IMG/VR virus record: IMGVR_UViG_3300045988_115891
Location: 1-35,841 of that record
From: a virus
Direction: 5' to 3' (one strand)
DNA length: 35,841 bases
In this document: positions 14,658-23,327 of the stretch, piece by piece
How positions within the stretch are numbered: position 1 is the first letter of the stretch
How the letters are laid out: every line of letters begins with the position of its first letter
Made by a program: the position numbers and the translations under genes
Notes under the pieces: model-generated
Databases searched by the model: none
The model's input: only the letters and a program-made list of their open reading frames with translations
What the model was told of the DNA's origin: nothing

Positions 14658-16064
14658 ATGAAAACATATCAAGATTTGCTCGCCCTCGGTGAAAATGAGG
14701 AAAGCCGTAAAACGTTTATAATTGACGCAATATATGAGCACAAATGCTCCAGTGCGTTTGCTACGGCTGTAGATGCTCACGGTTATTACAAAGGCTTAAA
14801 CCCTACGATTATGAAGTATGAAAAGATTATCTATGATTTACAGGGTATCGCTCACAATGACGAGTGGACGGCTAATCACAAGATAGCTTCAAACTTTTTT
14901 AATTTTGCCGTTACACAGGAAAACCAGTATCTGCTCGGCAACGGTGCAGTTTTTGGCAACGACAGCACGAAAGAAAAACTCGGCAAGAATTTTGATGAAA
15001 CGTTGCAGGAGTTAGGCAAATACGCACTTGTAAGCGGTGTATCTTTCGGATTGTGGAATTTAGACCACATTGAAGCGTTTGATTTAACCGAATTTGTACC
15101 GCTGTACGATGAAGAAAACGGGGCATTAAGAGCAGGAGTACGCTTTTGGCAGATAGACAGCGACAAGCCGCTAAGAGCAACACTTTACGAAGAGGACGGT
15201 TATACCGACTATATCCGCAGGAAAAACAGCAAGGTTGAAACACTGCAAGAGAAGCGACCGTACAAGCTGAAAACAAGGACTTCTGCGGTTGACGGCGAGG
15301 TTATTTATGACGGTGAAAATTATCCCGACTTCCCGATAATTCCGCTATGGGCAAACGATAAAAAGCAGTCGGAGCTTGTCGGCAGAAAAGGCACGCTTGA
15401 CGCATTTGATTTACTGAATAGTAACCTTGTGAATAATCTCGATGAAGCAAATTTCATTTACTGGGTTATCTCGAATTGCGGCGGTATGGACGATGTTGAC
15501 GATGCTAAATTCATCGAAAGGCTGAAAACAATGCACGTTGCACACGTTGACGGGGATAATGTAAACGGTGCAAATGTACAGGCGAACACAATTGATGTTC
15601 CGTATCAAGCAAGCGAAACGGCGATAAGTGCGATAAAAAGCAGATTGTACGAAGACTTTATGTGCTTAAACATTGCGGACATTTCGGCAGGAAACAAAAC
15701 CGCAACAGAAATTCGTGCGGCATATCAGCCGTTAGACAGCAAGTGCGATATGTACGAGTATTGCATTGACACGTTTATCCGCAAGCTGTTTACTTTAATC
15801 GGAATTGACGATACTGTATCGTTTAGACGGTCAAAAATTATTAACCAGTCTGAGGAAGTGCAGATGATATTATCTGCGGCAGAGTACCTTGACGCTGATA
15901 CAGTAACAGAGCAAATTTGCCAAATACTCGGTATGGGTGATAAAGCGGAAGAAATTATCCGCAAAAAGCAGGACGAAAACACAGCCCGATATGCTGATAT
16001 GCTCGCACAGCAGACAGCGAACGAGGGAAACAGCGGAGGAGCTGACGAACAGGGGGCTGAATAA
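14658..16064 (+). CDS. portal protein
   Basis: 468 aa, immediately after TerL. RBS GAGGTG. The size and acidic C-terminus are typical of SPP1-type portals. Confidence 0.75.
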   Translation: MKTYQDLLALGENEESRKTFIIDAIYEHKCSSAFATAVDAHGYYKGLNPTIMKYEKIIYDLQGIAHNDEWTANHKIASNFFNFAVTQENQYLLGNGAVFGNDSTKEKLGKNFDETLQELGKYALVSGVSFGLWNLDHIEAFDLTEFVPLYDEENGALRAGVRFWQIDSDKPLRATLYEEDGYTDYIRRKNSKVETLQEKRPYKLKTRTSAVDGEVIYDGENYPDFPIIPLWANDKKQSELVGRKGTLDAFDLLNSNLVNNLDEANFIYWVISNCGGMDDVDDAKFIERLKTMHVAHVDGDNVNGANVQANTIDVPYQASETAISAIKSRLYEDFMCLNIADISAGNKTATEIRAAYQPLDSKCDMYEYCIDTFIRKLFTLIGIDDTVSFRRSKIINQSEEVQMILSAAEYLDADTVTEQICQILGMGDKAEEIIRKKQDENTARYADMLAQQTANEGNSGGADEQGAE

Positions 16065-17002
16065 TGGACGCTCTTGCAACCGCACACGCCGCAACGGATA
16101 AAGCCCTTGACGCAATGGAAAAATACGTTAGGTCAATTTATCTGCGGTCGGTGCGTGAAATTTATAAGTCGTGGCAAAAGTTTTTTGAACAGGAACGCAA
16201 GGAAATTGACAAACTGCAAGAGGACTACGAAAAAGCAAAAAAGAGCGGAGATAAAACGCTGACAAAAAAAGCGGGAATTGCACTTGCGAGAGAAAAGAAA
16301 AAAGAAACTGTGCAAAATAAATGGTTTAGCGACACGGTAAAACAAACGGCTGAAAATCTGCTCCACGTCAACGAAACTGCGGTATCGTACTTGAACGGCA
16401 GACTTCCCGAAACGTATGTGACAAATTTTAATGCGGTCGGAGAATTATGCGAAAGCGCAATTACTGGATATTCTTACCATATCGTTGACGAAAATACCGT
16501 TCGTGAACTTGCAATGTCGGATACAAGTCTTTTGCCGTATAAAGAAATTGACCCCGTGAAAGACATTGCGTGGAATGTGCGGCAGATGAAAAGTGAAGTG
16601 CTACAAGGGATTTTGCAAGGCGAAGATATGCAAGCAATAGCGAGCAGGCTGTCAAACGTAATCGGTATGAATGAGAACTCTGCTGTCAGAAACGCTCGGA
16701 CAATGGTTACTTCTGCCGAAAACAAAGGAAGGCAAGACGGATTTTATCAAGCTGAAGAAGACGGCATTATCCTTGAAAAGTATTGGCTTTGCGTCCACGG
16801 CGAGAGGACGAGAGAAGCACACGCCGCCGCAGGAAATGATTATTCAAAGTCAAAATCCATTCCGCAAAGTCAGCCGTTTATCGTAGGCGGTGAAAAGCTG
16901 ATGTTTCCAGGCGACAGCAGTATGGGAGCGAGCGGTTGGAATTTGTACAATTGCCGTTGCTCCGTTGCGGCGGTAGTCAAAGGGTTTCGCAAAGTCGATT
17001 GA
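16064..17002 (+). CDS. head morphogenesis protein (Mu F / SPP1 gp7-like)
   Basis: It follows the portal gene. The pattern ARTMVTSAENKGRQDG...HGERTREAH matches the Mu F-like family. Confidence 0.7.
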   Translation: MDALATAHAATDKALDAMEKYVRSIYLRSVREIYKSWQKFFEQERKEIDKLQEDYEKAKKSGDKTLTKKAGIALAREKKKETVQNKWFSDTVKQTAENLLHVNETAVSYLNGRLPETYVTNFNAVGELCESAITGYSYHIVDENTVRELAMSDTSLLPYKEIDPVKDIAWNVRQMKSEVLQGILQGEDMQAIASRLSNVIGMNENSAVRNARTMVTSAENKGRQDGFYQAEEDGIILEKYWLCVHGERTREAHAAAGNDYSKSKSIPQSQPFIVGGEKLMFPGDSSMGASGWNLYNCRCSVAAVVKGFRKVD

Positions 17003-17026
17003 TGAAAGCAAGGTGAAAGTTAAGCT

Positions 17027-17482
17027 ATGGGTGTTAAAGTAACAAGTAAAGATAACACAGACGAAGTGCTTGACCGTATGGAAAAGGCTTTTGAACGTGG
17101 CTTAAAGGCTTGCGGAATGACCGCAGAAGCATATGCAAAAGACACGCTTACCGACCAAGTATACAGTGTTGACGAAAGCAAGCTTGACTATGTGCTGACA
17201 GGCAGACTGCGAAACAGCATAACTTACGCTATCGGGGGCAAGTCTGCCGCCATAAGCAGTTACAAAGCTGATAAGCCAGGCTATAAAGGCGGCTCTTATT
17301 CGGGCAATGCACCCGAGGAAGATAAGCCATACGTTGCAGTAGGTACGAACGTAAAGTATGCTATCGGCATTGAAGAAGGAACGCATCGTAAAAAAGGAGC
17401 AGTGCATTTTCTGTTGAAAGCGGCTTCCGGACATCAAGAAGAGTACGAAAAGCTGATAAAAGAAAGCATGGAAAACGCTTGA
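17027..17482 (+). CDS. hypothetical virion-module protein (HK97 gp10-like TGRLRNSI motif)
   Basis: ORF-track ORF. The motif LTGRLRNSITY is reminiscent of gp10-family proteins. Confidence 0.45.
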   Translation: MGVKVTSKDNTDEVLDRMEKAFERGLKACGMTAEAYAKDTLTDQVYSVDESKLDYVLTGRLRNSITYAIGGKSAAISSYKADKPGYKGGSYSGNAPEEDKPYVAVGTNVKYAIGIEEGTHRKKGAVHFLLKAASGHQEEYEKLIKESMENA

Positions 17483-17507
17483 CAAAAAAGAAAAAATTGT
17501 ATATAAT
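17479..17507 (+). promoter_or_regulatory. sigma-A type promoter TTGACA-17-TATAAT
   Basis: TTGACA 17479..17484, 17-bp spacer, TATAAT 17502..17507. Confidence 0.75.
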
Positions 17508-17524
17508 GAGAATCGAGGTAAGAT

Positions 17525-17659
17525 ATGCAAGAAATACCGATAAAATGTAACTGTGGAAAACTCGTTGCGAAATGGCGTGACGGTAAGTTATATGTGTGGT
17601 GTAAGTCTTGCAAACGGGAGTTTGAAATCCCGATACCAAAATTGAAAAGCAAAAGATGA
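17525..17659 (+). CDS. Com-like zinc-ribbon protein (44 aa); not in the ORF track
   Basis: Hand translation: MQEIPIKCNCGKLVAKWRDGKLYVWCKSCKREFEIPIPKLKSKR. RBS GAGGTAAG. It has its own promoter and terminator. Confidence 0.6.
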   Translation: MQEIPIKCNCGKLVAKWRDGKLYVWCKSCKREFEIPIPKLKSKR

Positions 17660-17665
17660 GCCATT

Positions 17666-17698
17666 GAGCCGTAGGAAATAACTCCTGCGGCTCTTTTT
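17666..17698 (+). terminator. intrinsic terminator after the Com-like gene
   Basis: 11-bp stem 17666..17676 / 17683..17693, 6-nt loop, then TTTTT. Confidence 0.75.
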
Positions 17699-17765
17699 AT
17701 CTTTTGTGAAAAAAATACATCAAATGGCAACGAAAAGCCACCGAAGAAAAGGAGAATGTATAAGT

Positions 17766-18332
17766 ATGGCACTTTCAAGAAGAATGCTGAAGGCAATGGG
17801 CATTGAAGAGGAAAAAATAGAACAGATTATCGAAGCACACGCCGAAACCGTTGACACGTTAAAGGAACAGCGTGATACCTTAAAGGCTGACGCAGATAAG
17901 CTGTCAGAAGTGCAGAAAGAACTTGACGAAGCGAAAAAGAGCCTTGAAGACGCAGGCAAGGACAGTTACAAAGTCAAGTATGAAGCTGTCAAAGAGGAAT
18001 TTGAAAACTACAAGTCGGACGTTGAAAACAAGGAGAAGCACACCGCAAAAGAAGCGGCTTACCGTGATATGTTAAAGGCGGCAGGAGTTTCCGAAAAGCG
18101 TATCGACAGCGTGTTAAAGGTTTCAGACGTTGACAGCGTGGAACTGGACGAAAACGGCAAAATCAAGGACAATGATAAGCTGACGGAAAGCATAAAAACA
18201 GAATGGGCGGACTTTATCACCGCCGAGGGTACAAAGGGAGCGAACGTTCCTACCCCCCCCTCGAAAAACGGAGAAAGCGACCCGAATAAAATGACTTTCG
18301 CCGAGTACAAAGAATGGCGAAAGAATAATTGA
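17766..18332 (+). CDS. scaffolding protein
   Basis: ATG at 17766 follows AAAGGAG. The protein is highly charged coiled-coil (EEKIEQIIEAHAETVDTLKEQRDTLKAD...) and lies immediately upstream of the capsid gene. Confidence 0.7.
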   Translation: MALSRRMLKAMGIEEEKIEQIIEAHAETVDTLKEQRDTLKADADKLSEVQKELDEAKKSLEDAGKDSYKVKYEAVKEEFENYKSDVENKEKHTAKEAAYRDMLKAAGVSEKRIDSVLKVSDVDSVELDENGKIKDNDKLTESIKTEWADFITAEGTKGANVPTPPSKNGESDPNKMTFAEYKEWRKNN

Positions 18333-18352
18333 CGAAAGGAAAACTGAAAATT

Positions 18353-19450
18353 ATGGCAAACACAATTTTAACCCCTCAGGTAATTGCGAACGAAGCACTG
18401 ATGGTGTTACAGGCTAATCTCGTAATGGCTGACCTTGTTCACAGAGACTACTCAAACGAGTTTGTGAAGGTCGGCGATACCATCACAATTCGTAAGCCTG
18501 CAAAATTTATTTCAAAAAACTTCACAGGCACGACCTCGACACAGGATATAACAGAAGGCTCGACAACTGTAAAGCTTGACAGATACCGTGACATTACGGT
18601 TGATGTTACGAGCAAGGAAATGACACTTGATATAAAGGACTTTTCCGAGCAGGTAATCGCTCCCGCAATGCAGGCTCACGCAGAAGCCGTTGACGCAGAC
18701 CTCCTCGCAGTAGCGGCAAGCAAGGCAGGTAAGACTATTTCCGCAACCGCAAATCCCACAAACCTTAAGGATATTGCGGATATTGCAAAGACGCTTGACC
18801 TTGCAAAAGTACCCGTACAGAACAGAAGGCTCGTCCTGCACCCTACACATAAGTACGCATACGCTCTGACCGATAATCTCTCAAAGGTAAGCTATGCCGG
18901 CGACAATCAGACGCTTCGTGACGCTCTGCTTGGACGTGTTTACACACTTGACACATATATGGACCAGAACGCACCTGATACTTACGCTGAAACAGCAGGC
19001 ACAGCGACAGGCTACAAGGTATCTGCAACAGCAGGCGCAACAACTGTTAAGCTGACAGGCGTTACAGCGGCAACAGGCACGATTAAGAAGGGTGATGCCT
19101 TTATCGTTGACGGATATATCTATCACTTTGAAGCTGATGCAACAGCGGCAAGCGGTGAGGTAGCAAGCGTTGCTATCGACCAGCCTGTACACGCAACACT
19201 GACCGAAGCAGTGGCAACACTCGTAAAGAAGCCTCATTCGGTAGCGTTCCATAGAAACGGTCTTGCACTCGTTACAAGAAACCTCGAACTGCCTATGGGT
19301 GCAGCTAATGCGGCAATTGCTTCCGCAGACGGTCTTGCAGTAAGAGTTGTTTACGGCTACGACATGGAGCATAAAAAGGATACAATTTCATTTGATATTC
19401 TTTACGGTATCAAAGACCTTGACGACAACATGATTGTTGCACTTGCGTAA
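18353..19450 (+). CDS. major capsid protein (P22-coat/gp5-like family by N-terminal motif)
   Basis: MANTILTPQVIANEALMVLQANLVMADLVHRDYSNEF...GDTITIRKP is a pattern I recognise from this capsid family. 365 aa. Confidence 0.8.
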   Translation: MANTILTPQVIANEALMVLQANLVMADLVHRDYSNEFVKVGDTITIRKPAKFISKNFTGTTSTQDITEGSTTVKLDRYRDITVDVTSKEMTLDIKDFSEQVIAPAMQAHAEAVDADLLAVAASKAGKTISATANPTNLKDIADIAKTLDLAKVPVQNRRLVLHPTHKYAYALTDNLSKVSYAGDNQTLRDALLGRVYTLDTYMDQNAPDTYAETAGTATGYKVSATAGATTVKLTGVTAATGTIKKGDAFIVDGYIYHFEADATAASGEVASVAIDQPVHATLTEAVATLVKKPHSVAFHRNGLALVTRNLELPMGAANAAIASADGLAVRVVYGYDMEHKKDTISFDILYGIKDLDDNMIVALA

Positions 19451-19471
19451 ACGATGAAAGGACGGCGTGAT

Positions 19472-19900
19472 ATGCTGACGGAATTATGTAGAGAGTGTCG
19501 CAACTGGTTCACAACCGACAGCGACAAGCACAGCGGTGACTTTACAATTTCAGACGGCGGTATCACGCCGTTTGATTTTATACTGAGCGGGCAGTATTTC
19601 CGTATTATGGGAAGTCACTTCAATGACGGGGTTTATAAAAACGTTCCCGAAGAAGTCGCAAAACTGGCGGCTGAAACGTTTACAGGGCAGATATGGGCGA
19701 TGCGTATTCCTCCTGCGTTTATCGACCTATCGGGGAGGATTGAAGAGTATATCGCAAAAAATGAAAAAGAAATTTCTCCGTACACATCGGAAAGTTTCGG
19801 CGGCTACAGCTACACAAAAGCGGTAAACGATAAAAACGTTCCGCTGATGTGGCAAGAAGTTTTCAACAGCCAGTTGAAAGTTTGGAGGAAAATAATATGA
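19472..19900 (+). CDS. putative head-tail connector/adaptor protein
   Basis: The call rests only on its position directly after the capsid gene. The start could be 19454 or 19472. Confidence 0.4.
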   Translation: MLTELCRECRNWFTTDSDKHSGDFTISDGGITPFDFILSGQYFRIMGSHFNDGVYKNVPEEVAKLAAETFTGQIWAMRIPPAFIDLSGRIEEYIAKNEKEISPYTSESFGGYSYTKAVNDKNVPLMWQEVFNSQLKVWRKII

Positions 19901-20250
19901 GTTTACTAAGCGAAGCAATGACCGATTGCGTGTTTTTAAACAAAAGCAAGGTTTCAGACGGTGAGGGCGGTTTCGTGGTAGAATGGACAGAAGGTGCTTC
20001 TTTTAAGGCGGCGATTGTTTTTGACAATTCAATGGAAGCCCGTACTGCCGAAAAGGCAGGGGTTACAAGTCTTTATACGGTTTCTGTTCCCATTTCGGTG
20101 GCGATTGAGTACCACGATGTTTTCAAACGCCTGTCGGACGGCAAGATTTTCCGTGCCACATCTGACGGTGACGATAGCAAAACTCCTGCAAGGGCTACAT
20201 TCCAAATCGCCCAGTTCACCGCTGAGGAGTTTGTGCCGACTACAAAGTAG
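19897..20250 (+). CDS. putative head-closure / head-tail adaptor protein
   Basis: ATGA overlap with the upstream gene. RBS GGAGGAAAA. About 117 aa, with a beta-rich sequence typical of SPP1 gp16-like proteins. Confidence 0.5.
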   Translation: MSLLSEAMTDCVFLNKSKVSDGEGGFVVEWTEGASFKAAIVFDNSMEARTAEKAGVTSLYTVSVPISVAIEYHDVFKRLSDGKIFRATSDGDDSKTPARATFQIAQFTAEEFVPTTK

Positions 20251-20445
20251 GCATTTTTCGGGCATTGTAGTGGGAAATGTAGTAGACTTTGTAGAGGCGT
20301 TAAAGTGGCTCTACGACTGGCTTTAAGGGGAGTTAAACTACAAACTCTACAAAATTTTTTATATTTATATAAATAGGAGATTTTTTTATAAAAGTAAATT
20401 TTATATTTATAGAAAACAATGTAGTTTTTGTAGTTTGTAGTAGAG
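20240..20445. repeat. second, paralogous CTACAAA / TTTGTAG heptamer array with an A/T-rich core
   Basis: Heptamers at 20240, 20264, 20276, 20288, 20311, 20338, 20347, 20418, 20427 and 20434. The 22-nt AGTTAAACTACAAACTCTACAA at 20331..20352 is identical to 9507..9528. Confidence 0.85.
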
Positions 20446-20460
20446 AACGGGGGTTAGGAA

Positions 20461-20832
20461 ATGACAAAAGCGGCGGCACTGCATAGCTTTTATAGTTCGT
20501 TCGGGCTGACAGCTTATGAGGAAAACGCCGTCCCCGATGATGCAGAGTTTCCATATATTACTTACAACGTTACAACCGACAGCTTCGGGAATTATTCGAC
20601 CGCAATGACCTTCTCGTTGTGGTATCGTTCGACAAGCTGGAAAGCGATAAATGCAAAGTGCGAGGAAATCTCAGCGGCGATAGGCTTAGGAGGTCAGCTG
20701 ATAGACTGTGACGGCGGTAAGATATGGATTAAGAGAGGACAGCCGTTTGCAAACTCGACAGGTGACGCAGATGACGAACTGATAAAAAGAAAGATTATAA
20801 ACGTGAGTGCGGATTATCTCACGTTAAACTGA
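20461..20832 (+). CDS. putative tail completion/terminator protein
   Basis: Position between the head-closure gene and the major tail gene; 123 aa. Confidence 0.4.
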   Translation: MTKAAALHSFYSSFGLTAYEENAVPDDAEFPYITYNVTTDSFGNYSTAMTFSLWYRSTSWKAINAKCEEISAAIGLGGQLIDCDGGKIWIKRGQPFANSTGDADDELIKRKIINVSADYLTLN

Positions 20833-20850
20833 CGAAAGGATAAGCAAATA

Positions 20851-21477
20851 ATGGGAAAATTTACGGTTATACCGAAAGCCACGTTTGACGATTTACAGCT
20901 TGACGCAGGTGTGCTGCTGAGAAATTTCACTCCCGCAACAGCTGCTGCACCGCAGGATAGCGATATTATCTGCGCTACGACAGGCGGTATAAATGCGACT
21001 TGCACGCCGACTTACAGCGACTTAGGCGAGGACGTGGACAACTGCCCGAACAATATGAAGGAATTAAAGCACCTTGACGGTTGGGATTGCACGCTTGCTT
21101 TTACATCGCTCGGAATGAGTACAGCGGCAATAAAGATGGCACTCGGCAGTGCGGATATTGACACGCAGGACACGACAAAGGTCACACCGAGAAGAGATTT
21201 AAAGCAGTCTGACTTCTCGGACGTATGGTGGGTAGGAGATAAAGCTGACGGCGGTATGGTCGCTATACAGCTTAAAAACGCCCTCTCGACAGGCGGTTTT
21301 TCGTTACAGACAACCAAAAGCGGCAAGGGTCAGATTTCCGTTACGCTGACGGGTCATGTGTCGATTGACGCACAGACCGAAATGCCTATGGTGTTTTACT
21401 CGACAAGCGGTACAGCAGAAGCAACACAGGCTGACAGCGGTACTGACAGCGGAGCAGAAAGCGACCCTACAGTTTAA
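20851..21477 (+). CDS. major tail protein
   Basis: 208 aa, directly upstream of the frameshifted chaperone pair. RBS AAAGGA. Confidence 0.65.
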   Translation: MGKFTVIPKATFDDLQLDAGVLLRNFTPATAAAPQDSDIICATTGGINATCTPTYSDLGEDVDNCPNNMKELKHLDGWDCTLAFTSLGMSTAAIKMALGSADIDTQDTTKVTPRRDLKQSDFSDVWWVGDKADGGMVAIQLKNALSTGGFSLQTTKSGKGQISVTLTGHVSIDAQTEMPMVFYSTSGTAEATQADSGTDSGAESDPTV

Positions 21478-21500
21478 AAGCAAAACAGGAGGAACAGCAG

Positions 21501-21869
21501 ATGAAATTATCAGACTTAACGACAGACAGGGCGGCAGACGTTCTTTGCGAGATAAGCATTTATCTTGTGAACATTACGACCGATGAGGAGTTAATGAACG
21601 AACTGAAAAAGCGGTTACAGCTGACAGGTCACGAAACTACTTTTGAAACGGTGGCAATTGCCGCAGAGAAGATGTCAAAAATTGCTCCTATCGTGCTGAA
21701 GAAGCATAAAGCTGACATTTTCGGAATCCTTGCCGCAGTGAATGGCAACACACCCGAAAAGGTAGCAAAGCAGAACATCATAAAAACAATGTCGCAGATA
21801 AAGGAACTTGTTAAGGACGAAGAACTGATAAGTTTTTTCAAGTCGTGCGTATCGCAGGAAACAGAGTAA
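21501..21869 (+). CDS. tail assembly chaperone (G-like, short product)
   Basis: RBS AGGAGG. It lies between the major tail and tape-measure genes and contains a slippery heptamer near its 3' end. Confidence 0.75.
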   Translation: MKLSDLTTDRAADVLCEISIYLVNITTDEELMNELKKRLQLTGHETTFETVAIAAEKMSKIAPIVLKKHKADIFGILAAVNGNTPEKVAKQNIIKTMSQIKELVKDEELISFFKSCVSQETE

Positions 21870-22147
21870 CTTCGGCTCTGCTCGATATGCCACGAAAGCT
21901 AAGCGTAAGGGGGCTGATTGCCGCAATGCCGATGATAATACAGCGGCAGAACGAGCAGTCAGCTTTTTGTAATTATATGGCTATGTGTGCGTTCAACGTG
22001 AATGAAATCGTTGCGAAAAGATACGGCGGAGCATATATGACAACGAAATATCACGATGTAATCAGCCCTCCGAAAGAGGAAAAACGCACAAGCGAAGAAG
22101 TCATAAACGGGATAAAGGAAAAGCTGAACGCACTCGGAGGTGATTAA
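21501..22147 (+). CDS. tail assembly chaperone G-T-like fusion made by a -1 programmed frameshift at 21833..21839
   Basis: The -1 frame is open from 21839 to the TAA at 22145..22147. The downstream ORF has no RBS of its own. Confidence 0.65.
21833..21839 (+). promoter_or_regulatory. -1 frameshift slippery heptamer U_UUU_UUC
   Basis: T TTT TTC is in the zero frame of 21501..21869 (codons AGT TTT TTC). Confidence 0.65.
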
Positions 22148-22649
22148 AATAAATTTATTTGAAATGTTTGTCAAAATCGGCGTTGACGACCAAGCAAGCG
22201 ATAAGATAAGCAAAATTTCTTCATCGCTGAAAAGTGGTCTTGCAAAGGCGGCTAAAGTTGGTGCGGCGGCTGTTACGGCGGCGGCTACGGCTATAGGTGT
22301 GCTTGCAAAGAAATCCCTTGATGCGTACGCCGATTTTGAGCAGCTGACGGGCGGTGTAGAAACGCTTTTTAAAACGTCTGCTGATACGGTAAAAAATTAT
22401 GCCGCAAACGCATACAAAACCGCAGGTTTATCAGCAAACGAATATATGGAAACTGTAACAAGTTTTTCCGCATCGCTGATACAATCCCTCGGCGGTGACA
22501 CGAAAAAAGCCGCTGAATATGCGAATACTGCGATAACCGATATGTCCGATAATGCGAACAAAATGGGTACGTCAATGGAGATGATTCAGAACGCATATCA
22601 GGGTTTCGCAAAGCAGAACTACACGATGCTTGACAACCTCAAACTGGGT
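22140..22649 (+). CDS. tail tape measure protein, exon 1
   Basis: The sequence ...NAYQGFAKQNYTMLDNLKLG ends at 22649. The 9 codons after it (RQKNMLLSA-stop) are intron sequence. The start is uncertain: GTG 22140 or ATG 22164. Confidence 0.8.
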
Positions 22650-22758
22650 AGACAAAAAAATATGCTTTTATCGGCATAACACCATTGCTCAGTATAAACC
22701 TTGTGAAAACGGTGAAACTCTTGCAAAGCAAGACAACACCGTGCAAAGTTTATTTTGC

Positions 22759-22787
22759 TTGACTTTCCGCCCGTAATATGTTAAAAT
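22759..22787 (+). promoter_or_regulatory. promoter TTGACT-17-TAAAAT inside the intron, upstream of the HNH ORF
   Basis: TTGACT 22759..22764, 17-bp spacer, TAAAAT 22782..22787. Confidence 0.55.
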
Positions 22788-22823
22788 AAAGTTAGCAAAT
22801 ACGAGGTGGAAAGGAAGAATAAA

Positions 22824-23327
22824 ATGTATTACAAAATTAAAGGTTTTGAAAATTACGGTATTAATCGAGATGGTGTTGTTTGCAACACAGATAATGGTGC
22901 CATCAAATCCCCTTATACAAACAAGTCAAACGGGTATTTGTATGTTGATTTATACAAGAGGAACAAGGCACACAAAAGACCGATTCACAGATTGATTGCA
23001 GAAACCTTTATCCCGAACCCCGAAAACAAACCGACCGTTGACCACATAAATGGCAACAGAACCGACAACCGAATTGAAAATTTGAGATGGGCAACATATA
23101 GTGAGCAAAACTCAAGATTTAACACGGTGGGAGTAAGAAGTGAAAAGGTTCTTGTCGTACACGAAAGTGGTAAAACAATGATGTTTGAAAAAATTACAGA
23201 TGTTGCCAACTATTTTGATTGCAATATAAGTAATATAAGCCAAATGCTTAAAAAAGGAACTTTTGGTAAGCGTGGAAAAACAAGGGGTTATAAATTTGAA
23301 TACATAAGGCAAAATAAAAATGTGTAA
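22824..23327 (+). CDS. HNH homing endonuclease (NUMOD4-like N-terminus plus HNH_3-type core)
   Basis: Motifs YKIKGFENYGINRDG... and VDHINGNRTDNRIENLRWAT. ATG at 22824 follows AAGGAAG; the track start (GTG at 22806) is less likely. Confidence 0.85.
   Translation: MYYKIKGFENYGINRDGVVCNTDNGAIKSPYTNKSNGYLYVDLYKRNKAHKRPIHRLIAETFIPNPENKPTVDHINGNRTDNRIENLRWATYSEQNSRFNTVGVRSEKVLVVHESGKTMMFEKITDVANYFDCNISNISQMLKKGTFGKRGKTRGYKFEYIRQNKNV

Noticed and set aside
22650-22679. C-terminal tail RQKNMLLSA of track ORF 22140..22679, and the ATG at 23481 that appears to start ORF 23481..24890.
   Set aside because: Both are intron sequence read in the exon frames. Splicing at 22649|23484 removes them and restores one continuous tape-measure protein.
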